DNA of 54,580 nucleotides, filler included, from Sphacelaria rigidula (Eukaryota): the NCBI GenBank assembly GCA_964200075.2. It is 5 parts of 5 records of this genome, joined end to end, with 100 filler letters (N's around TTAATTAATTAA, not from the genome) between each part and the next. Parts side by side here need not be neighbours in the genome. Positions count along the whole stretch, not along the records: positions 32,811 to 43,645 come from CAXNAA020005828.1; positions 43,746 to 54,580 come from CAXNAA020005829.1; 3 more parts are not named here. One strand, written 5' to 3'. Below the pieces are notes generated by a model. That model searched no databases, was not told the DNA's origin, and worked only from the letters and a program-made list of their open reading frames with translations. Positions 35,565-45,948 of this stretch are shown in pieces (within the stretch, counting starts at the first letter, position 1; every line of letters begins with the position of its first letter). A program made the position numbers and the translations under genes.

Positions 35565-36685
35565 CGAGCTGGTTCAGATTGAACACCCAAAATTTATTCC
35601 CGGGATTTCCCCACGCTGTTTGTTCGAGTTAGACCACGAAAATTTGCACACATGTCCTTGAGGGCACTACTAGTATCTAAAACTCGAAGACCGTTTTTTT
35701 CTTTCTGTTGGTGTCGAGATAGTCGGGGTCTGACCCCTCCCCCGGTCAAGTGGGTCAACCGCGACCTTGGATAAAAAGCCATCAACAAAAAAATATTTAA
35801 ATCTCCGGTCTTCGAGTTTTAGATAGTGCCCTCCAGAACATGTATGCAATTTTTCGTGGTCTAACTCGAAAAAGCGGTGCGAGAAAATGCCAAAGCGTGC
35901 GCTGAAGTCTGCGTGCCCCCCTAATTACTTGATTGAAGTATAAGATCGCCCTTTTTGAGGGTTGTTTTCAAGGCTAGAAGACCCAGCCGGTTCAGTTTTT
36001 CGAGTTGAGGAACAAGAACCGATACACATGTTCCTTGTGATACCACTTACCCTAAGGTGTCGAAATTTTGGTGTTGAGGCATCCTGTGCCGGTTTCCAGG
36101 GATCGCTATCCTGGGACCCCCGGAAGCCAGTAGAGAACGGAGAAATTTTGAATTTTTGCCAAGGAGGCAATTTTTCCATTTGAAGCATCAATACCTACGG
36201 AACTGCCAAGTTTGAGAATGATCTGAGCTTTTCTGCAACAGATGAAGGGGAAATCGTCACGGGACTCATTGGGTCGTTCGTACCTATCATGAGTGGAAAT
36301 TTGACGTTGCCAAAGCTCCACATCACCGAAACATTACCGTTTCGGGCAAAATTCGACCCCTTTGGAACTGTCTTCAACTCTGTTTCTCCCGTTAGATTCC
36401 CAGGCTGATGATGGTTACTACGATTTGAACCATGTGGAGATTCGGTGGAAATTGGGCTTGGAATTCGTGTATTCAATTCCGGGACAATTTGAACGGCGCA
36501 GATTGGTCGAGACATACTTTTGTCCATAGCGCCACCGCTATAGCCTTGAACAAAAATATGGCCATGTCACCATTTTTGTCTGTTCGTTGCGATCAGTATG
36601 ATACCACATTTGTGGATATTGGCTGGGTATTGCGTTCGTCATCAGCCGGGGAATAAATTTTGGGTATTCACTCTGAACCAGCCTG
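35565..36685. mobile_element. Non-autonomous Tc1/mariner-like element (1.1 kb) with a nested inverted repeat
   Basis: ~37-bp TIRs CGAGCTGGTTCAGATTGAACACCCAAAATTTATTCCC / GGGAATAAATTTTGGGTATTCACTCTGAACCAGCCTG, flanked by TA. Internal ~70-bp inverted arms at 35623-35693 and 35806-35871. Confidence 0.85.
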
Positions 36686-37189
36686 TAGCATACATACATG
36701 ACACATTGATGACTTGCAACGTTATGAAACATCAATGCCCGAAGACCTTCACATCTCAACTAGCAGATTTTGTCATCTTATCGTCAAGTCATCATCCAGG
36801 GGGTCGCATTTTGGATTTTGTCCCTGAGCCTCTTGTCTGGGGGTTCACCATGCGATATGCGCTTGAAACCCTTTCTCAAGCGTTGCTCGACTTTTTCATG
36901 ACCGGGCAATTGCACCTGCTCCTGCTTCGGCGTTAGTATCATGTCATACTCTTGTCAAATGATGAAACAAAAATTGAGGAACGACCTCTTGTGTGCAAGG
37001 CCTCTGGTGCCTGAGGGAGAAAGTCTTGACTGTGTGCTGGAAGTGACCAGGGTGGGCGGTGTTTCCTTTCGGTCTCGATTGACATCGGTGAAGAACAGTT
37101 TGGCGGACCGCTCACAGCCAGTATACATACCTTTGCGTAGCGATCTCAAAAAACTGTTCTTGGGATGCACACATGAATATTGTAATAGA

Positions 37190-38255
37190 TGAGGGTAAGA
37201 CAGATGGGCAAGATGGACATGGTGAAAGATTCCCACCTAGATACTAGGATCGAGAAATGTATTCTGATGACTGTGATTATACTAAAGCTGGAACAAGCAA
37301 GAAAAGCATTCGAGGGGAACGCGAAGTCGGTGAAGAAGCTGGGAACAGAGCAGATGGCAGCAGCTAAGAAGATACTTGGATGCTCAAAAACGACGAGCAA
37401 TACAGCATGAAAAGCAGAATTGGGAATGTACCCACTTAAAAAGATTGGAGTCACGACAAAATTGAAAGTGCGACACAGCGTCAGGAACATGCTAAGAAAG
37501 AGAATACCAGCCTTGGTTGATGATACCGTATGGAAGAAAGTGACGGAAGGGCAGGCTGGAATAAGGTGGGATAGCGTAGCCGATGAAATATGGAACGGCA
37601 TGAGAGGAAACCAAGACGAGATAATGTCCAGTGGCGAATGTGGTGGGTACATGAAGAAAGTAAGAAACATGATGGAAATAAGGGGAAGCGCTCAGACGGA
37701 AAGTAGATGAGGAAGAAAACGTGAAGATCCACGGCGGGTTGAGAGAGGGGAAAGAGATGAAACACATATCTGCATGGGCTAACTGTTTCCACGAGAAAAG
37801 TTGGAATTGTGATTTCGAGTGGGGGACCTGGGCCTGCCACAAAGAAGGAAGAGGTATACCAGTTGTCGAGGGGAGGAGGAAGTAAATGCACAGAATTGCC
37901 CGTGTGGCAAAGCAATGGAGAGCAGAGTTCGTACAGTGGCAGAATGTCAACTATACAAGGACGAACAGTACGTGTTGGAGGAAGAAATGTGGGACGTAAA
38001 CGACGGTGGCATGGAATCGTTTGATATATTAGACAGTAGAGAGAAAACGATGGCTATACCACAAGGTAAATGATGGCCACAGAAGGCGACACAGAAAGGG
38101 GGTACGATATGTAATGTTTTGTGTAAGGTATGAGAGAAACATAGTGAGCGCCGAAATGTTGGAGGTATCTACTTGAGGAGTAGGAATGATCCTCCGTCTC
38201 GAAAAGGATGCGGTCAACGGCCAAATGACGAAGACAAGTAACAAATGAGCACTCC
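37190..38255 (+). mobile_element. 5'-truncated, degenerate LINE (ORF2 C-terminal region after RT, with a Cys-rich knuckle)
   Basis: Interrupted translation GKMD...DSHLDTRI.KCIL..VI..KLE...EGNAK...QMAAAKKILGCSKTTSNTA*KAELGMYPL...AGIRWDSV...GDLGLP.RRKRYTS...CPCGKAMESR...ECQLY, which I recall as an abundant brown-algal LINE. Multiple stops and frameshifts. Confidence 0.85.
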
Positions 38256-38267
38256 CCTCCTCCAACC

Positions 38268-38390
38268 CCTGGTGATTGCGAGCCTGGTCCGACGAAAACC
38301 CGGCGTGCTCCGTCCCGGCTTCGTAGGGATGCGAGGTCAATGGTCATATGACTGCAGCATACAAGATCATGAGAACCCCCTCCGCAGCCC
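38268..38390 (+). mobile_element. Second non-LTR tail stacked directly behind the C-rich end of the LINE
   Basis: GGTGATTGCGAGCCTGGTCCGACGAAAACCCGGCGTGCTCCGTCCCGGCTTCGTAGGGATGCGAGGTCAATGG...GATCATGAGAACCCCC. Confidence 0.8.
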
Positions 38391-38580
38391 GTTTTGTTTT
38401 CCCCGAGATATGGCGAACCGATGCAACGGTCAATCGGGTTGGTTGGTTGGCCCGGTTTGTGATGGTCACATGAAATTTTGGCAAAGAGTACGTATACGGC
38501 AAAGATGGACTCGATACGTCCACGCTACAGCATGGTTTAGCGGACCAAGCGTAAAGCCGAAATCTTACAATGGGTAGGGT

Positions 38581-38805
38581 GCACGATTCGGATGAATCAT
38601 CGCCGGTTCGAGTCACCAAATCCACGATTTTTTAGGCCTGATTGATCGAAAGAGAGAAGAAAGTCGAACGCTGGTCAAGCAGGTCTCCACGCAACTTTTA
38701 CGCCATTCCACGTGCCTGGACTGCGCGTACCTGGGTTGCAACGCTGAAAACAAAGCGTAAGGATTGATTCGTACCGTACGAATTATTAATTCGTCCGACC
38801 CTTGG
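38581..38805. mobile_element. MITE, CCAAGGGTCGGAC-TIR family
   Basis: Ends ATTCGTCCGACCCTTGG. The core is shared with 19836-20094. Confidence 0.8.
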
Positions 38806-38816
38806 TGGGGTGGGCG

Positions 38817-39096
38817 CACCCTGGTTACACTTTACCAATCTTTGCATTCACAAGTAGGCGATTTCAACGTGTCTTGAAATCACTGAACTGTCAAGCATGC
38901 CGGCTGGCTGATCTCCACAACGTGGTGTGGGGTATGCCTGTGTCTTACTGTGAGGTTGGGTACACCCTGGTTCCACCCTACCAATCTCTGCGTGGACAAA
39001 GTAGGCGATTTTAAGGTGTCTGAATTCAATGAATTGTCAAGCGTGTGGGCTGGCTGATTCCCGTAACCTAGTGTGGGATATGTTTGTGTCTTACTG
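38817..39096. repeat. ~146-bp diverged tandem duplication
   Basis: CACCCTGGTT.CAC..TACCAATCT.TGC...AAGTAGGCGATTT...GGCTGGCTGAT...TGTGTCTTACTG starts at 38817 and at 38963. Confidence 0.85.
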
Positions 39097-39252
39097 CATG
39101 GGTAAAGTTGACCCGTAAAGCCCCCTCCTCATGCCGTGTTCCACTCGTTGCCCTCTACTCTCCCTCCCTCGCCCTGCGCCTGTTTCGCTGCCGCCCACGC
39201 CCGGTCGGTACCGTGTGTCGTTTGCGTCGATGTGCCGGACAACGGTCGTCAG

Positions 39253-39321
39253 GCTGATCATCCGTTTGCTCGCCCAGCAGCAGCTGTTCTCGGCCTTCAT
39301 GGAGCCGGTCGACCTCGTCGC
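39253..39321 (+). CDS. PHD-finger/bromodomain protein, bromodomain helix Z / ZA loop exon
   Basis: (M)LIIRLLAQQQLFSAFMEPVDLVA contains the F..PVD motif. cgtcag acceptor and GC/gtgagt donor, phase 2 to 2. Confidence 0.88.
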
Positions 39322-40183
39322 GTGAGTGTGCAAACCCCCTTGTGGTTGCCATTATGTCATCACACTTATGAAACTTCGAGTGCGGTGTTCACTCAATCGG
39401 GAACTATTCCGATTCACGTACGATTTGTCACCGCCACTCGAAAGTTTAAACAGTCGGTAGGCTTCGGAGAAAGAAACAGGTCGTGCTCTGGGCACATTTC
39501 TCGAGTTCATGTTTTCGGAACGATACGAGATAAAAGATTCCGTCATTCGAGGGGGGGGGGGTGCTATGACCGCATATGGACCCAAAACACGATTTTTCGG
39601 CTATAGCGCAAATGAATTCCAAGGAGAAAAAGAAACCTGAAACAATGGAATTATTGATGACAGCGATCCGGATCGGTTCGATTAAACGAAAATATCAAAG
39701 AATGAGAACCAGGACTGTACACTCGTGAAACCCCCAATGACCAGTGAGCCGGCACATCGTCCAAATTTGATCTTGAGAGTACATGTCTGCGATACAGCGA
39801 TTGGTGTGTCTTGACAATCGTGGTCCTCGAAAAATTAAGATACAGCATGAAACCTAGTAGTGCCACATGATCACAGCTTTTCACGGTATTTTCTTCAATT
39901 TTTCACTCGGATTTTTCACTTCAAGAAATTTTGTCGAGTGTGCACAACGTTTATGGTGAAACGCAGGGATAACTTGGTCGTTTGTTCACCCGTACCATTT
40001 TTGTAGGTAACTTGGGCGTCCCTCTTGGACCAACTTGGGCGTTACTTGAACAGAGGTCAACGTGTGTTGAAATTGATTTTCAGAGGGTTAAACCAGTATC
40101 TTACTTTGAACAACCACGAATTAATATTTCACATGCGAAGTGACCCCCTCCCCCTCCCCCCCCAATCCCTCCTCCGTTACCAG

Positions 40184-40623
40184 GTACCCGTCGTATGGCG
40201 TGATGATCAAGCGACCCATGGACCTGCAGACTATGTACCACAGAGTCGAGAAAGGAGTGTTTGGTGGCCTTCGCGGACGTCGGCGACCCCCAGTACCGGC
40301 ACCACCCCAACCTCGCCCAGTTGCGGTCGCGGCCACCCCGGCCCCCACCCCAGCAACCCCTACCCCTCTCACAATCAGCTCTCCCGCTGATATGGCGGCA
40401 TCGGCGGGGTCTATGATTGGATCTTCGGGGTACGGTGGTGGCGGTAGTGGTGGTGGATACGCTGGTGGTGCGCGATATGGAGAAGGGGCGATGGTCAGGA
40501 CGGAAGATGTGGTCGTTCGGGGTGGTGGAGGCGCGGGTGCGGGGGGGGTGGTTGTGTCCAACGGCGTGGTTGCTAACGGCGGTAGTGCGTTCGGCAACGG
40601 GGATGCTCTTGGCAGGGCAGCAG
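40184..40623 (+). CDS. PHD-finger/bromodomain protein, bromodomain ZA loop/helix A plus start of the low-complexity insert
   Basis: YPSYGVMIKRPMDLQTMYHRVEKGVF matches Y..II..PMDL.TI..++..G.Y, followed by Pro/Gly-rich sequence. ttaccag acceptor and G/gtgagg donor. Confidence 0.9.
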
Positions 40624-41193
40624 GTGAGGAGGAAAGAGATAAGAGATGTTACCGTCAGAGGTGGGATAGCTCGATTATCCTGGGGCATGTGCTGCTCCCG
40701 AGGCTTCGTTGTCTATGAGTACATGTGTGTGCGTTGTTGTGTTGGCTTATGTAGAATGGAATTTCGAGATGCGTACAGTTGCTCTGAAGATGGTGTGTGT
40801 GCTTGGACACACATCTACCCGAAGTAGTGAGTGGGGGGTGGGCTTGAGGGCGGGAGAGGGGGATAGAGGGTGAAGCGTACGACTGCGAGATTCTTCGGTG
40901 TCGACAATGTTGTATTCATGGGTGAAGTACGGCGTAAACCCCCGACGTTTGACAAAGGCGCCTATGCACGGCGATCGTATCATGATATGTGGGTTTGCTC
41001 CTCATGTCATAATTTTGAACATCAGTATCCCATGCAATGTGATGAAGGAAACACGACTGAGACTGCGAAGTGGGGCGTCTGTCACGCTGTACTTGCGCGC
41101 GTTGTACGTTCTTCTATTTTCCTGACTTTTTCTCACAAAACACAAGTACTCCCCCGCCCACCCTCCTCCTCCTCCTCCTCCTTCTATTCTCAG

Positions 41194-42461
41194 TAGGGAG
41201 CCTCGGCTCGCCGGGTATCGAGAGCCACTGGGGTGCAAGCGCGATAGGCCAACAACCCCTGCCGCCCCAACCGCCGCTCGTGCGCGGCGGAAGCTCCAGT
41301 GCTGGCGGGGGCGCGGCAGAGGAACAATGGCGAGGGTGGGTTGCGGCAGACCCTGTTGCGGAGCAGCCAGAACAGCAGCAGCAGCAACAGCAGCAACAGA
41401 AAGACGTCGATGGTGTCTACCGGGAGAAGGAATCCCAGTCCGAGTTCACCGGCCTCGATGAGGACGTTGCTGTGTTCTTAGCTGCCGTGCGGCAGAACAC
41501 GACGTTCACGAGTAACACCGTCGATTCATCTGTCGAGGGTGCGTCGGCGTCTACTCATGGTGGTGTCGGCGGCGGTAAAGGAGGAAATCTATTGCCTCCA
41601 CCTGGGGGTCACGGGTATGTTGGTCAGTCATCATCCACCCCCGGTGTTTTCCCGTACGGCCAACAACAGTCGCCGGCCTTGAGTGTTCACCATGAGTATG
41701 TCCAATCGGTCGCTTCAGGGGGTGATGGTAAACAGTACGGCCACTCAGCGCCAGGGAGTAGTCATCACTATCGCCCGTCTACGTCGGGTGAAGTTGACGG
41801 CAGGCACGACATTTTCGGTGGTGGCAGCGGCGGCGTTACAGGCGGCAAGGGTTTTCCCGGAGAGAGACAGGTGATCGGCGGTAGTCTGTATGGAGGTCCG
41901 GAGTATTCGGGAGCTGCTAATGCGGGCGCCGCGGCGATGAACGTCGGCGTCGCGTACTCACCTTCTCCGGGAACAGGCGGCGCGGACGCAAGCTTCACCT
42001 CCCCAGATCCACGATCACCCCGCACCAGCATCCCGAACCCGGCCGACATGGCTACTTCCCGCCCTCGTTCCGTTTCGGCGCATAACAGTAGCGATGTCGT
42101 CGCTGCTGGCGCCGCTCTTTCTCTCGACACTCTGGGTGTTGACGCGCACAGCGACACCAACGCGATGAAGCGCGCCAGGACACCCAAGAAGCCGGCGGCG
42201 TTCAACCCAGGACCTGACGTCGTCGTCGGCGCGGCTCCCGGCCCTATGTCTTCCGCGGGAGCTGGGGCGGGAACCAAGGTCGGGGGGGGATCAGGGCATA
42301 AAGCCAAGACAAAAGCGACCTCGTCGGCTGTGGTGGCAGCGGCGACCGGCGCAGGGGCAAACGGAGCGGGGATGGAAAACTCTATCGAGCCTGGGAAGGT
42401 GCCATATGAGGTTGCCATTGCTCCGTTCGATCACGCTGCGTTTCTTCGGGACATGAAGCTG
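41194..42461 (+). CDS. PHD-finger/bromodomain protein, large low-complexity exon ending in bromodomain helix B (FDHAAFLRDMKL)
   Basis: 1268-nt open frame with polyQ and G/S/A-rich sequence. Pyrimidine tract with a CAGTAG (NAGNAG) acceptor, donor CTG/gtaaga. Confidence 0.88.
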
Positions 42462-43184
42462 GTAAGATGATACATATATAACTGGTGTACACCCCCCCCC
42501 CCCCCACGCACGGGGTTTTTGTGTTTTTTTTTTTTTTTTGTTTTTTTTTTTCTTTTGTTTTTTGGANNNNNNNNNNCGCCCCCCCTGGCTTTCTTCGGGG
42601 CATGAATCTGGAAAGAAAATATATAGATAACTGGTTTCCCCCCCCCCCCCCCCCTGATTCCGTGTGATTTTGCTTTTCTTCATTATTTTAGTCCTTCGTC
42701 GGCTTGATCTTTTGCGCGTATTCCAAGAAGTGGAAGTATCCCTTGTTGTCGAAGCTGGAAGTGTAGGGCGTGAGTGAGCGGCCATTATGTCATGTATTTC
42801 GTTTTTTGTATGCTATCCGTGGAGTAGTTATACTCCTAAGTTTGATGTTGAATTGGTTCGCCGCAGTGGTTTCGTGGATGTAGGTCTGTTTCTTTGTTGA
42901 AATCGAAGAAGTGCGTTGAGTTTGAGACTTCCTGCAAAAGTTATGGATGTGATGTGCAAGGAATCCTCAAACGCTACTTTTGATGCTTTTTCATATCGGC
43001 TATACAAGGCCGTCAACATCATTCGAGAATGTTCGTCTTCCAGTTGTCAGTGTCCTTTTTCTCCCGTCTTGGGTTTTGTAAACTGCTATTGCTAGCATAA
43101 CACGCCCTTAATACCTTAATTGCCCCCCCCTCCCCCTCGCCACAACCCTATGCGTGTACTTGCTCTCGCCGCGGCTCGCGCCAG

Positions 43185-43277
43185 ATCTGGAAAAACGCCC
43201 AAAAATTCAACAGCGATGGCTCCGCGCTGTGGGTAGCGGCAGAGCATTTCAAGCAGCAGCTGGATCGGCTGTTTAAG
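43185..43277 (+). CDS. PHD-finger/bromodomain protein, bromodomain helix B end and helix C (gene 3'-partial)
   Basis: IWKNAQKFNSDGSALWVAAEHFKQQLDRLFK matches I..NA..(Y/F)N...S.+...A..+, including the conserved acetyl-lysine-binding Asn. 93 nt, phase 0 to 0. Confidence 0.92.
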
Positions 43278-43405
43278 GTACTTGTAAATAGAGGCATGTA
43301 CCGTTAAGACCTCATGTCCTGGAACTCGCTGATGGAATCTTTGTTATTTTTCTTGAGAACATGGTTTTTGCACATATATTTTGGGTGGAAATACCCACAG
43401 ACGTT

Positions 43406-43591
43406 CGTGCCAACTAAAGGCAAAGTACACGGAACGCTCGTGCTTTTGGAACATCGTTTTCGTGTCTTGCGCACCATCCGACTGATTTGAACGCAACACG
43501 TGCCAACTCAAGGCAAAGTACACGGAACGCTTGTGCTTTTGGAACATCGTTATCGTGTCTTGCGCACAATCCGACTGATTTGAACGCAACA
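43406..43591. repeat. 93-bp tandem duplication
   Basis: CGTGCCAACT.AAGGCAAAGTACACGGAACGCT...ATCCGACTGATTTGAACGCAACA starts at 43406 and at 43499. Confidence 0.95.
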
Positions 43592-43645
43592 TTGTTCGTG
43601 TACTTGCTTTACTGGCTTAGTTCTATGAGAAGGTACGCCATGACT

Positions 43646-43745
43646 NNNNNNNNNNNNNNNNNNNNNNNNNNNNNNNNNNNNNNNNNNNNTTAATTAATTA
43701 ANNNNNNNNNNNNNNNNNNNNNNNNNNNNNNNNNNNNNNNNNNNN
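43646..43745. other. Artificial contig linker
   Basis: N44-TTAATTAATTAA-N44. Confidence 0.98.
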
Positions 43746-44039
43746 TGGCGGCAAAAGGTTTCAAAAGTTGTCCTCTCCGGGGTTTCCTCCCACCTGACTT
43801 TGGTATACCCACCGTTTTTTTTTTTTTGCCGCTGCGTCTGTGCTTCATCCTTCTATAGAACTTAACTATAGGGTAATCGTCAACCCCGTTCCATCCAAAC
43901 AAAAAAAACGCCAATAACCGACCAGACTTATGGGCCAGAGGAAGTATACCGAAAGGTGTAGACCGGCGTCCAGCATAGGTGAGGGAACAACACACACATA
44001 CATACAGTTGGCATACAACCCTAATCTGGACAAGGATCT

Positions 44040-45571
44040 TTATGAAAACACTGAGAAACTGTCGGCGGGCGCACTCTCATGCTTATCCGCATTGAAACAC
44101 TCTCATGCTTACCCGCATTGGCAGATGTTTCTCGGCTGTCACAGTGCAAGCAGCTGCCCTGTTTCGTTGTTTCAGACGCGCAGCACCTACTGTACGATCC
44201 GCAAGCGCACGGTCGTGCCTGTCCCCTCTGACCGACACATGCTTCCCGCCCTTGACAGTGCATGCGAGAGCGCTCTCATGCCTGTCCCCTCCGAAAGACA
44301 CGTGCTGTGTGACCAGTGCGCGCTGCACAGTGCGATGCACCTCACCGGACGATGCGTGCTTGCGCAACGCGAAAAGCAACTATTCGTGCCCAACATCATG
44401 ACCATGCTTCAAGAACGTGTCACACAGACATATCGCAATATGTTTCGGCATGAAGTCAGGAACTACTGTCACCTCAAAGAGGTTTGTCCACCGCGCGTTC
44501 ACCTGATCTACATCTCGCACATATTGCTCGTATTTCCGTAAAAACTCGGCTGATTTCTCGCTCGAAACACTGCGGCCATAGTACGGCACCTCCAGCGCCA
44601 GTACAAGAACAACACGACCATCAACGATGACATATTACTGCGCGTCATCATTGTGAACAGTCGGACAGGCTTTGCCGCTACCTCCACGTTTCTCATTAAG
44701 CGCCGAGCCACCACGACATGTGACCACATAGTGGACAATCACGAAGCAGGACCTCAACAGCTCAACACCGGTTCCAGAAAAAACGGCGTTGTTTCTCAGT
44801 CACGGAAACAACAACTTTCCATACATACACCAAGACGCGCTTGGCCACCAAACGACAATGACCACAGCGCCTCTTCCTCACGCAGGTCTCACCACGTGTG
44901 TGAAGTCCTTAGACTCCTCTTCTTGAACGCAGCTGGCCAAACTTGAGCCAGCCCTCTCGCAATTCTCCCGTCTCGAGTAGTAAGTGCGCCGCATTTTTCT
45001 TGGCAGGCTCTCCGGGCAGCCCAGCTGGATCAATCGATACAAAAGCGCACCCTAGCACTACCTCAGAACCTTCTCGGCTCTACTGCTGCGATCCTCCTGC
45101 GCGCTGCCATCCTTCCAAAAGGCTTCTTTCCTTCAGTCGCCTTGGCTTATATATGACCAGCGGCTTTTTCTCCGCCGCTTCCTCCCCCACTTTTTTTCAA
45201 CGTGAGCGTTCCCCGTTTACAGACTGTGGGGTGCGGCTTCCATAACCCTTTACAGAAACCGACGAGTTTCCCGAATCAACGTTTATTGTGAACCTGCCTG
45301 GAATCAGAACAAGGTCGCAGTGCTGCTCCAGAGGCCTCCTCCCTGTCACGGGCTCCAGAGAGTTTAAGACTCGAGCAGTTTACAAACAGCATGTCTTAGG
45401 TAAAAGAGGAAGTGATCGGCACACCTCGTATGCCAACATCATATATCACGGAATCCACCGATCACACTCTCAGACCCGTCATCCATCAATCAGACTATAA
45501 ACGCCTGCTATGCATTTCATCGACTGCAGTCATGTACCGAATCAAGGTAACAATGTTGCCCGGAGTCTACA
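44040..45571 (-). mobile_element. LTR element family M, copy 1: 5' LTR (45287-45571) plus gag-like region, 3'-truncated
   Basis: The LTR reads TGTAGAC...GTTCACA on the minus strand and is homologous to 50734-51019. The gag-like PYYGRSVSSEKSAEFLRKYEQYVRDV...MPKHIAICLCDT resembles VPKHIHACLSRT in the neighbouring gypsy gag. 44110-44774 is repeated at ~53850-54445. Confidence 0.8.
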
Positions 45572-45948
45572 GAGCGAATAGTATATATGATCGGTTATCC
45601 ATCAACCAGACTATAAACGCCCGACGACGGGATGAGTACTCATCCACCTGCGTGATCCATTACCGAGCTATCACCTGGTCCTCGGGTAGGCAGGCGTAAG
45701 ACCCCATACTCGGTGGTATTTATGGCAGTAGCTATCTTGTTTTGTAGGACTACTGCACAGTTGGATACCGAAAGATCGCCTTTCGACGGACCCTCATACA
45801 CAGGTAGAGACATGGAAATCGCTATAGACTTATTCACACGATCCATCGCTTGAATGGCTATTTTCTCAGAACCCTTCTCAGCACCCGCGGGCTTACTTAC
45901 CCAATCAGAATCCTCGTGGTGACGGTGCGACCTCGAACGTGAGCAACG

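Noticed and set aside
39208..39252. Non-canonical CG acceptor extending the bromodomain exon
   Set aside because: A canonical in-phase AG at 39251-39252 gives a coherent protein.
41768..42418. 216-aa minus-strand ORF, and similar antisense ORFs at 34576-35115 and 40101-40688
   Set aside because: These are antisense shadows of GC-rich low-complexity exons of the PHD-bromodomain gene.
43921..44005. Possible hammerhead in a repeat end shared with 23095-23170
   Set aside because: There is no intact CTGANGA and no NUH triplet after the candidate stem III. It looks like a retroelement 3' end with an (ACA)n tail.
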